DNA of 64,000 nt from an uncultured Hormoscilla sp. (GTDB taxonomy: Bacteria; Cyanobacteriota; Cyanobacteriia; Cyanobacteriales; Desertifilaceae): contig OZ001293.3 of NCBI GenBank assembly GCA_963921275.4, positions 1,152,001 through 1,216,000 on the forward strand, written 5' to 3'. Positions 33,654 to 42,667 of this stretch are shown here, in pieces; position 1 is the stretch's first letter, and every line of letters starts with the position of its first letter. Under the pieces are notes generated by a model. The model did no database searches. It was not told where the DNA came from and was given only the letters and a program-made list of their open reading frames with translations. The position numbers were made by a program, and so were the translations under genes.

Positions 33654-34724
33654 TTACTTACTTTGAAAATCTTTTTGTGCTTGTTTATAATCATCAGATT
33701 TGCCAATGTCTAGCCAATACTCAATCATCGGAAAATTGGCAATCCGAAGGCTACTATCTAGCAATGTTTGCATCAGGTCTGTCATATCAAACCGCTGCCC
33801 CACTGGGATATAAGGCAGTACCGAAGGCTCCAACATATAGATGCCTGCATTGATGAGGAAGTTGACGCGGGGTTTTTCGCTGAGTTGCTTCAGATAAGGT
33901 CCTTCTGATTCCATGACGCCATAGGGAACTTGGTATTCGTATTGGCGAACTGCGACCGTTAATGCCGCCTTATAGGCACGGTGAAAAAACCACATGCCTT
34001 GGAAATCAAGTTTCGTCAAAATATCCCCATTGATTACCAATAAGGGCCAGTCTGGGTTTTCCAGCAAGCCCAATGCCCCAGCAGTACCCAAGGGAGTATC
34101 TTCGGAAACATAGGTGATGTCGATCCCAAAAGAACTACCATTGCCAAAATGATTAATAATTTTCTCTGGCAAGTAATGGAGTGTGACGTAGAATTGCTTA
34201 ATTCCCACATCCCTTAACTGCTCGATAATTAACTCCATAATTGGGCGATCGCCGATTGGGAGCAGAGGTTTAGGCAAATCATTGGTCAAAGGACGCAAGC
34301 GGCTTCCAAACCCACCCGCCATAATCACCGCTGACAAGGGCAGTTCATCGGAGGAGATCCTATCATCTCGGGATATCAAGTTGACTACACGATCTTCTTC
34401 ATCCACCAAGGGCAGGTGATTGACAGAAACATTTCCCTTGCCGTTCATCAGATGCATAGCTTCCGAATAAGATATTTGTTGTGAGGCCGTCATCGGATTA
34501 AGGTCAGCAATTTTCAGGCACGGTTCGTTGAAAGACACCCCCCTCAACATCGCTCGTCGAATATCACCGCAGGACAGGGTGCCGACAAGTTGACGGTCAT
34601 TTTCGCACAGGAGCAACAGGCTCGTCTCGGCACAGTCTAATATTGGAATGGCCTCTGATATGGGGGTTTGGGGCGAGATTATGATTTGCAGTAGGGAAGA
34701 CTCAATCGAACCCATCATGCTCAT
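33654..34724 (-). CDS. CBS-domain sugar-phosphate nucleotidyltransferase
   Basis: GDIRRA CBS pair, MAGGFGSRLRPLT, PKPLL, NGDILT, WLDIG. Confidence 0.88.
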   Translation of the reverse strand: MSMMGSIESSLLQIIISPQTPISEAIPILDCAETSLLLLCENDRQLVGTLSCGDIRRAMLRGVSFNEPCLKIADLNPMTASQQISYSEAMHLMNGKGNVSVNHLPLVDEEDRVVNLISRDDRISSDELPLSAVIMAGGFGSRLRPLTNDLPKPLLPIGDRPIMELIIEQLRDVGIKQFYVTLHYLPEKIINHFGNGSSFGIDITYVSEDTPLGTAGALGLLENPDWPLLVINGDILTKLDFQGMWFFHRAYKAALTVAVRQYEYQVPYGVMESEGPYLKQLSEKPRVNFLINAGIYMLEPSVLPYIPVGQRFDMTDLMQTLLDSSLRIANFPMIEYWLDIGKSDDYKQAQKDFQSK

Positions 34725-35367
34725 TCCTCCTCAATAATCTAGCTGGATTCCCTATCAATATTTGACCGTCTGGCACATCCTTAACCACAACTGCACCCGC
34801 ACCGATCGCAGAACCCTTTCCTACTTTAATTAATTGACGGATCGCGGCACCGATACCAATATGAGTATTATCGCTAACATGTACAGCACCAGCCAGTCTA
34901 GCACCTGTAGTGATATGAACGTGGTTTCCGATAACGCAATCGTGTTCGACGATCGCCCCACTATTTACAATGACGTTCTCGCCCACGATCGCGCCCGCGT
35001 TAATTATTGCACCAGCCATAACAGTTGCCCCTTCTCCTAAAACTGCTGAAGGTGAAATAATAGCACTAGGATGAACGGCTGTCACGGGTTTCATACCCAG
35101 GCTGCGGGCAAACTCATACAGCCGTCGGCGTGGGACAATATTGGATGTACTCCCCAATCCAACAAAAAAATACTCAACCCCTTGGGCTTTAATCGAAGGG
35201 AGCCGATCGTCATCGCCCAAGATCGGCACGCCAAGTAAGGACTTACCCTGTAATTCTGGGTTTGGATCGAGCAGACCCACCAACTTGTACTGACTAGATT
35301 GTTGAAGAATCTCGATCGCCACTTTGGCGTGCCCTCCTGCGCCCAAGCCAATGACTTCTGGAGACAT
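34702..35367 (-). CDS. NeuD/PglD-like sugar acetyltransferase
   Basis: GAGGHAKV, VHPSA, hexapeptide repeats, VEHDC, GNPAR. Confidence 0.88.
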   Translation of the reverse strand: MSPEVIGLGAGGHAKVAIEILQQSSQYKLVGLLDPNPELQGKSLLGVPILGDDDRLPSIKAQGVEYFFVGLGSTSNIVPRRRLYEFARSLGMKPVTAVHPSAIISPSAVLGEGATVMAGAIINAGAIVGENVIVNSGAIVEHDCVIGNHVHITTGARLAGAVHVSDNTHIGIGAAIRQLIKVGKGSAIGAGAVVVKDVPDGQILIGNPARLLRRNEHDGFD

Positions 35368-36037
35368 TAATCCACCTCCCGAATTAGCATAAATGCCTCT
35401 GCATAGTCCACCCCAATGCTTGCCCCACGATAGCGAGCCAACGCCCGAATTGCCGACGGTCCGCGAGGCCAAGGATCTGAGTGAGTCTCGCTCTCATATA
35501 ACCCCATAATTTCGACCTTTTGCTCGATGTAGGGCGTAATGTCGCGGTAAACATTGGGAACAAACGCGCGATCGGGCTGCGGTGGGGCTGCTTCAGTCGA
35601 AGAAAGGGTTTCATAAGAAAGGACGCGCCGCACCCCCCATTTACGCATATAAAATGTCTTCAGCACGGACATCGTAGCCTTGAAAACGACGGCATGATCG
35701 GAATTCACATCACCACCATGAACCAGATAAACTACTTCTGGCTTAACCTCTTGGATGACATCCCGAATGCGGCCAATCAGATCGGCCAGTGGAATTGTGT
35801 CAAGACGAATGGTTGGGAATCCCAACTTAAAAAACTGCTGCATTTTATAGGCCATCGAGGCGATCGCATTACTTCAGCGGCCTTAACCTGAATCGTCTCC
35901 GCCGACCACTGCGGCTCGTATGTCTCCGTCACCACCAGCCAGAACAAGCTGTCCTCTTCTGCGACATGTCCCAGCAACGTCCCCCCACAACCGAGGGTCT
36001 CGTCGTCAGGGTGAGGAGAAATCGCGAGTACTTTCAT
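35367..36037 (-). pseudogene. PIG-L family deacetylase, frameshifted
   Basis: PHPDDETLGCGG and DVNSDH..YETLSSTE..AEAF lie in different frames; shift near 35860. Confidence 0.8.
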
Positions 36038-36825
36038 GCAGGTCCTCCTATACCAGACCATTTGTCAATCGTCCAAGATAGTTGACCCCCATCAATAATG
36101 ATTGACTGACCGATGAGAAATGATGCCTCATCAGAGGCGAGAAAAGCAAACAAATTCGCCACCTCCTCAGGATTTCCAGAACGACCGAGTGGTATCTTAT
36201 TGGGATATTCCCGCACAAAGGTATCGCCTGCACCTGATTGTTTTGTGAGATCCGTGATAATAAAACCGGGCGAAACGCAATTAACTCTGATATTATAGGG
36301 TGCTAACTCAGCGGCCATCGTCTTGGTAAGCAAAACAACCCCCGCTTTAGAAGCATTGTACGCCGCCGATTCTCTCTCTGCCACATGACCATTGGTCGAT
36401 CCCATATTAATAATCGCGCCTCCTTTGCCTTGTGCCATCAACACCCGCGCCACCTGCTGTCCCAACAAAAAAGTCCCCTTCAGATTCACTGCCATCACTC
36501 TATCCCAAGCCGACTCAGAGTGTTCGAGAAAGGGCTCGATCGCCACTATACCAGCATTGTTGACTAGCACATCGATCTCACCAAAGTATTCCGCTGCCTG
36601 CTTGACCAGGGCCTCACAAAACGCGCGATCGGAAACATCACCGGTCATCCCATAAACCTCACCACCCCACTGACTCAACTCTGCAGCCGCCACCACAATC
36701 CGCTCTGGTACAAGATCGCAAATCAGGAGCTTCGCGCCCTCTTGCAAAAACTTCTGGGCAATTGCCTTACCTATACCACGTCCCGCCCCAGTGACGATCG
36801 CACTTTTTTCTTTTAATCGCAACAT
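36034..36825 (-). CDS. SDR oxidoreductase (FabG-like)
   Basis: TGAGRGIG, NNAG, YNASK, VSPGFI. Confidence 0.9.
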   Translation of the reverse strand: MLRLKEKSAIVTGAGRGIGKAIAQKFLQEGAKLLICDLVPERIVVAAAELSQWGGEVYGMTGDVSDRAFCEALVKQAAEYFGEIDVLVNNAGIVAIEPFLEHSESAWDRVMAVNLKGTFLLGQQVARVLMAQGKGGAIINMGSTNGHVAERESAAYNASKAGVVLLTKTMAAELAPYNIRVNCVSPGFIITDLTKQSGAGDTFVREYPNKIPLGRSGNPEEVANLFAFLASDEASFLIGQSIIIDGGQLSWTIDKWSGIGGPA

Positions 36826-36827
36826 GA

Positions 36828-37678
36828 ATTAGGGGTCGAACTGGGGGTCACCCCCCAACCCTCCCATTCGGAACCGGACATGCGACTTTCACCGCATCCG
36901 GCTACTGGGAAGTAGGGCCTTGTCATTGCTAGGATTACTGGGGATTACTCCCGTTGTCCCTCATCTCGTGTGATTTCTCCCCTTTCCTGGTTGGTAAGTG
37001 GCGCTGCCAGATAACCTTTAGTATTACCATTTTCAAGTCTGTTTTACCAGTCATCCCACCTCAGCTACGCGAGGTATTGGGGCTTGTTAGAGATACTTTT
37101 GCCCAAGATTTCCTACTTTCACCAACCCGCGTCTGCATGTTGAGGCATCCTTACCTATTCCTCAACGTATCCATAGGCATTACCCTAGGCATTAGCTTCT
37201 CGGGCTATCTCTCCCCCCGTGGCTTACGCTTTACATCTAACTAGTCCAAATGAGGACAGCACACGAGAGGTTACTTCGTTCCCTGGTATCATTTCGCGAT
37301 GCTTTTAGGTTCCTGCTTTCCTCCGGGAGTTCTTTGAGCACGATGCTGGCAAGCAGATACTACCAGCACTAACTACCATTTCCCTTTTGGGCCAGCGTAT
37401 AAGCCTTATTCCGCTGGTTCGGTGTAACGAAGTTTACACAGGTTTGCCTGCTCTAACCTTGAGCATCTTTCCTAGCGGCGTCACTGGCTTAGGCTGCCAG
37501 CTATCCTACATTTAAGTCCTTGCTTCGCACCACAGCGATGTGACTCTATAGCACTAAGGACCGGTGTTACCCCCGTACCTGGGGAGAGGGAATTTAACCC
37601 CCATGAATACCAGAGTTACCAGTTTGGACCTGGCCTAGTGTTCCGTATTTGACTACGTTAGACTAGAACGAATCGCAC
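36828..37678 (-). ncRNA. ORF-less group II intron (851 nt) in the 5' UTR of the sugar operon
   Basis: 5' GTGCGATTCGTTCTAG; DV GTAGCCGGATGCGGTGAAAGTCGCATGTCCGGTTC; ends CGACCCCTAAT; highly similar to 18504-19332. Confidence 0.88.
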
Positions 37679-37834
37679 AACTACCACTCCGTTAAGCTGT
37701 GAGGCATTTAGATTGCATAGTCCAAAATGGCCATGATGCCTGAAACACATATGGTGATGGACCTCCACGATTTTGCCTATATCCCAATATGTAGTTTAGA
37801 TGCGCGGTGGTCTGTGTCGGTCGCTTCACCCCAT

Positions 37835-40048
37835 TCACCCTTTAACTATGGCGCCAAAATCTGCTAACACGCGAGCATGATTTCGCAGTAACCCCAGCAA
37901 ATTCAGGCGGTTGCGCCGAATTTCCGGGTTCTTATCCATCACTAAAACGCTGTCTTCGCCGTCTAAGAAACGACTTACGAAGGGCGTTATTTCACTCAAG
38001 GCATCCACTAATTGCTGATAATTTCGCGTCGATGTCTCTCGGGTAGTGCGACTAGCGCTCCCGAGAGATATCGACGCTTGCGATGCCTGGGTTTTGGGCA
38101 GTAACTCTACTATGGCATTAAGGAATGCTTGTTCTGAAGATTTCTCAAACAGTTCGGGATTGACAAACCCTTTCGGTTCCAACTGGACTGTATCTAAATC
38201 CCCTTGGGCAGCTAAACGGGTGGAACGGTTCACGGTTTCGTAAATTGCATCTAATTGGCCGTTATTGCGGATTGCTTGCAGGAATAAGGCCCGATCGCGC
38301 AGGTCGAGCAAATCCTGCAATGCCCGATCGGCATATTCTGGGTCATTTTCCCCCAGCACAGCATTGACTAGATCGTAATCTATGCCCCGTTCCTCTTGCA
38401 ACTGGGTGCGGAGGCGTTGCAGGAAAAATTCTTGCAATGAGGCAATTAATTCTGATTTCGATGTGCGAGGCGTAGTGCGAGTAGCGCTCGCCGAGTACAT
38501 CGAATGGGCTATTTCTGTCAGCAGTTGCTGTAGGTTAATCCCTAAATTCCCTGCCCAAGTAATGTTCACGATCGCATTAGCGGCCCGCCGCAGGGCGAAG
38601 GGGTCTGACGAACCCGTGGGCACCATGCCCAAGCTGAAGATACTTACCAAGGTATCTAGTCTATCTGCTAACCCGACCACTTGACCCGCGATCGTCTGGG
38701 GCAATTTATCTCCTTTGCCTCGAAGGGGCAAGTAATGTTCAAAAATCGCCGTCGCGACTGCTTCTGGTTCCTGACTGGCGCGAGCATATTGCCTTCCCAT
38801 CACCCCTTGCAATTCGGGAAACTCGTACACCATCTGGGTTACCAAGTCCGCTTTACAGAGTAATGCTGCCCTTGCGATCGTACTGGTTTCTGCTGCCGAC
38901 AGTTGCAACTGTTGGGCAATTTTCAGGGCAATCTTACTCAGGCGCGAGACCTTTAACCGTACCGACTCCAAATCTTCCTGAAAGGTAACTTTTTCCAGTT
39001 GAGGCAAATAGCTTTCCAGGGGTTGGGCCAGATCTGCTTTATAGAAGAACTGGGCATCTGCTAATCTGGCGCGGATGACCCGTTCGTTCCCAGCGGCGAT
39101 AATATCTGATGAGGCTGGGTCTCCATTACTAACGGTGATAAAATAGGGGAGGAGTTCCCCAGTTCCCTGGTTTTTCAACACCGGAAAATACCGTTGGTGC
39201 TTCACCATGACCGTGGTGCTGACTTCGGCAGGCAACTGCAAAAACTCCGGGTCAAATTTCCCTACTACTGCGGTTGGGTATTCGACCAAGTTAGTGACTT
39301 CCTGCAATAATGCGGGGGATATTTCGGCATAACCATTCACTTTTTGGGCCGCCGCTTCCACGTCCTGTTTGATTTTAGCCTGACGCTGGGTCGGGTCAAC
39401 TTCTATATAGGCAGCACCCAGGCATTCGACATAATCACCTGCCTGGGGAATGGTCACGGGTTCGGGATGCAATACCCGATGACCCCTAGAGAGGCGATCG
39501 CTCTTCACGGTTTCGCTGCCATTTTCCCACATCAGGGGCAGCACCCGGTCGTCCAACAAAGTCACCAACCAGCGGATGGGGCGAGGAAAGCGCAAATCTC
39601 CATCGGCCCAGCGCATGAACCGCCTCCCCTCCAAGGCAAAAATCCATTGAGGGACCAGTTCCGTGAGAATTTCGGCAGCAGGGCGTCCTGCCTTTTGCTT
39701 GCGCAGGAAGATAAAATCCCCCTTATCCGTAGGCCGCACTTCCAGGGCCTCTACTGCTACTCCCTGCTTGCGGGCGAACCCTTCTGCTGCTTTCGTGGGT
39801 TTGCCATCCTTGAACGCCGCTTTGGCAGGCGGACCTTTCACCTCTTCTTCCCGGTCCGGTTGCTGGGCAGGCAAATCCTTCAGGAGTAAGGCCAGGCGGC
39901 GGGGTGTGGCGTAAAGTTCCAGGGTCTCTGGGGTTAGGAGTTGGTCCCCTAGGGACTGGGGGAGGCGGTCCCGCCACTGAAGCAAAGCATTATCCAGAAA
40001 ATCTGCTGGTAATTCTTCTGTACCGACTTCTAATAGGAATGTAGGCAT
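37835..40048 (-). CDS. glyS: Glycine-tRNA ligase beta subunit
   Basis: [46 protein letters not shown]; two in-frame hairpin insertions. Confidence 0.95.
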   Translation of the reverse strand: MPTFLLEVGTEELPADFLDNALLQWRDRLPQSLGDQLLTPETLELYATPRRLALLLKDLPAQQPDREEEVKGPPAKAAFKDGKPTKAAEGFARKQGVAVEALEVRPTDKGDFIFLRKQKAGRPAAEILTELVPQWIFALEGRRFMRWADGDLRFPRPIRWLVTLLDDRVLPLMWENGSETVKSDRLSRGHRVLHPEPVTIPQAGDYVECLGAAYIEVDPTQRQAKIKQDVEAAAQKVNGYAEISPALLQEVTNLVEYPTAVVGKFDPEFLQLPAEVSTTVMVKHQRYFPVLKNQGTGELLPYFITVSNGDPASSDIIAAGNERVIRARLADAQFFYKADLAQPLESYLPQLEKVTFQEDLESVRLKVSRLSKIALKIAQQLQLSAAETSTIARAALLCKADLVTQMVYEFPELQGVMGRQYARASQEPEAVATAIFEHYLPLRGKGDKLPQTIAGQVVGLADRLDTLVSIFSLGMVPTGSSDPFALRRAANAIVNITWAGNLGINLQQLLTEIAHSMYSASATRTTPRTSKSELIASLQEFFLQRLRTQLQEERGIDYDLVNAVLGENDPEYADRALQDLLDLRDRALFLQAIRNNGQLDAIYETVNRSTRLAAQGDLDTVQLEPKGFVNPELFEKSSEQAFLNAIVELLPKTQASQASISLGSASRTTRETSTRNYQQLVDALSEITPFVSRFLDGEDSVLVMDKNPEIRRNRLNLLGLLRNHARVLADFGAIVKG

Positions 40049-40169
40049 GAGACTGGAGTTAAGGGGCTAGTTTCCATAGTTTACAGTCCGATGGACACCG
40101 ACTGGATGATTATATCAAGTTTGGTTAAATGCTAGCAAGACGTAGGGTGGGCACCGCCCACCATTGACT

Positions 40170-40335
40170 TCTCCCACTATTCCTTGCGATCGCAGTCTGG
40201 CAAGAAAAGGAGACTCCCCTGCGCAGAGGCGCGATCGTTCTGCTTACTCCTCTCGCCGCTCTATATCCGCGTCGAGCTGCTGCTTATTATCCCAGTAATA
40301 AGCCAAGGCTGAGTAGATCTGACTCATATGGATGC
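40170..40335 (-). pseudogene. DUF433-like C-terminal remnant
   Basis: Minus frame reads SQIYSALAYYWDNKQQLDADIE with no N-terminus. Confidence 0.5.
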
Positions 40336-40450
40336 TGGAATTGCCTTTCTTCTGGACTCCAACCCTATGCTATCTGACCAGTGACTAATTCTATTACTTA
40401 TCGGAAGAGTTAGGTTCGTATCGGAGCGCTTTGCGCGCTTATTTCTCCGA

Positions 40451-41128
40451 TTAATCAAAAGCGGGTAATTGCCACAGCTGGGGTTGAAACTCTCTCAAGG
40501 AATTAAGCACCTGGTGAGCATTATGATACAATTGTTTATCTATGCTAGCGTCAGGGACAGCGACAACCGACATCCCAGCCCCGATCGCCGCTTTCAGGCC
40601 GGTTAAAGCATCTTCAAACACCAGACATTCTGCGGGGTCTGCATCCAGGCGTTGGGCGGTAATTAAGAAAATATCCGGTGCTGGTTTGCCGAGCGCGATC
40701 GCGGAGTCATTACCTTTAACAATGCAGTCAAACAGGGCTAACCATTCAGTATGATTGCTCGTTTTCAGTTCAAAGGAAAGACCAGCAGAACTGGTTGCCA
40801 CGGCCTGCCGAATGCGATGCTGATGCAGATGTTGGGTCAGGCGCACCGCACCTGGAAGGGGTTTGGCATCGGGTAACAAATCACGAAGCAATGGTTCTCG
40901 TTCTCGGAGAAAACTTTCCGGAGTCAGGGGCAAGTCTAGCATTTCAATTATAGTCCGGGCTGAGTCTAGGGCGTTTCTGCCAGATATCTGAGATTTTACC
41001 GACTCGGACAAGGTCTTGCCGTAGGGACGGGCGATCGCCTGGTAGACTCGATCGTAAATCGGTTCCGTGTCTAGCAGCAGACCATCTAGATCGTAAATGA
41101 CGTGAGTAATTTTTTTGAAGTCAGGCAT
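40451..41128 (-). CDS. HAD-superfamily phosphatase (IA, HDHD1/GS1-like)
   Basis: YDLDGLLLDTE, ATSS, GKPAPDIF, VFEDA. Confidence 0.9.
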   Translation of the reverse strand: MPDFKKITHVIYDLDGLLLDTEPIYDRVYQAIARPYGKTLSESVKSQISGRNALDSARTIIEMLDLPLTPESFLREREPLLRDLLPDAKPLPGAVRLTQHLHQHRIRQAVATSSAGLSFELKTSNHTEWLALFDCIVKGNDSAIALGKPAPDIFLITAQRLDADPAECLVFEDALTGLKAAIGAGMSVVAVPDASIDKQLYHNAHQVLNSLREFQPQLWQLPAFD

Positions 41129-41474
41129 GGGCAGATGACTCCACAATCCGCTCTGGTACAAGAATGCGCTGCGCGATGTGGGCGCGCTGCGCGTCTGGGC
41201 GCCCAGCGCATCGCCAATCTTCTCTGCCAGCAAGTATTATACTCCCCACAGGCCAGAGGTTGGGTTTCAGAGGTCAACCCAACCGACAATATAGGCGAAT
41301 GCAGGAGGGGGCCCTGTGAAAAAAGCCGGAGGCACTAAGCGAAGATCAAGTCCCTGGGGTCGAGGAACATCTGGTTACCAGTCAAGTTGTCGCCAGAGAT
41401 TAATATGTCATGCTGGTTACTATCCCAAGTATTCCCTGTCTGTGCTGGGATAGTCACGTTCCCATTGCCGATGT

Positions 41475-42575
41475 CTATCCCGCTTGAGGTAATGCTACTC
41501 CCTGCTTGCGGGCGAACCCTTCTGCTGCTTTCGTGGGTTTGCCATCCTTGAACGCCGCAGTGACGATAGTAGGATGAACAATCTTCTGGTTCTCCAGGTT
41601 TTCCTGATATATGACATTGCCATTCCCTTCTCCCACAAAAATATCTAGATCCCCGTCTCGATCAATATCGACAAGGGTGGGGCTGCTAAAGGACTCTACA
41701 TTTGCGACTCCAAAGGGGTTCGCTTCGGGTGTCCCGAAAGTAAGATCCTTAGCAGTACCCTGGTTTTCCTGATACATGACATTGCCATTATTTTCTCCCA
41801 CAAAAATATCTAGATCCCCGTCTCGATCAATATCGGCAAAGGTGGGGATGCTAAGCCTCCCTACATTTGTGATTCCAAAGGGGTTCGTTTGGGGTGTCCC
41901 GAAGGTGGGATTCTTAACGGTACCCTGGTTTTCCTGATATATGACATTGCCATAAACTTCTCCCACAAAAATATCTAGATCCCCGTCTCCATCAATATCG
42001 GCAAAGACAGGGATGCTATTGATCGATACCTTTGTGATTCCAAAGGGGTTCGTTTGGGGTGTCCCGAAGGCGGGATAAAGAGCGGTACCCTGGTTTTCCT
42101 GATATATGACATCGCCATTATTTTCTCCCACAAAAAGATCTAGATCCCCGTCTCCATCAATATCTACAAGGGTGGGGGTGCTAGCGAACCCTCCATTTGT
42201 GAGTCCAAAGGGGTTCGTTTGGGGTGTCCCGAAGGCGCGATAAAGAGCGGTACCCTGGTTTTCCTGATATATGACATCGCCACTATCTTTTCCCACAAAA
42301 AGATCTAGATCCCCGTCTCCATCAATATCGGCAAAGGCAGGCATGCTATAGTGCCCTCCTACAGAGGTGAGTCCAAAAAGGTTCGTTTGGGGTGCCCCGA
42401 AGGTGGGATAAAGAGCGGTACCCTGGTTTTCCTGATATATGACATTGCCATAATAGTCTCCATAAAAAATATCTAAATCCCCGTCTTGATCAATATCGAC
42501 AAGGGTGGGGCTGCCATAGTCCCCTATATCTGTGAGTCCAAAGGGGTTCCTTTGGGGTGTTCCGAAGGTTAACAT
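41475..42575 (-). CDS. FG-GAP/VCBS repeat protein, copy 1 (six repeats; C-terminus disrupted by a glyS-derived piece)
   Basis: ~56-aa unit FGTPQTNPFG..PTFADIDGDGDLDIFVGE..GNVIYQEN. Confidence 0.8.
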   Translation of the reverse strand: MLTFGTPQRNPFGLTDIGDYGSPTLVDIDQDGDLDIFYGDYYGNVIYQENQGTALYPTFGAPQTNLFGLTSVGGHYSMPAFADIDGDGDLDLFVGKDSGDVIYQENQGTALYRAFGTPQTNPFGLTNGGFASTPTLVDIDGDGDLDLFVGENNGDVIYQENQGTALYPAFGTPQTNPFGITKVSINSIPVFADIDGDGDLDIFVGEVYGNVIYQENQGTVKNPTFGTPQTNPFGITNVGRLSIPTFADIDRDGDLDIFVGENNGNVMYQENQGTAKDLTFGTPEANPFGVANVESFSSPTLVDIDRDGDLDIFVGEGNGNVIYQENLENQKIVHPTIVTAAFKDGKPTKAAEGFARKQGVALPQAG

Positions 42576-42667
42576 TGTCTTTTTCCTTTTTCAATTCGAT
42601 TTGGATTATTTGATTACGCTACGCGAATGCGCTGCTCGTCCCGTAAGGGATACGCCAATCTTCCCTG

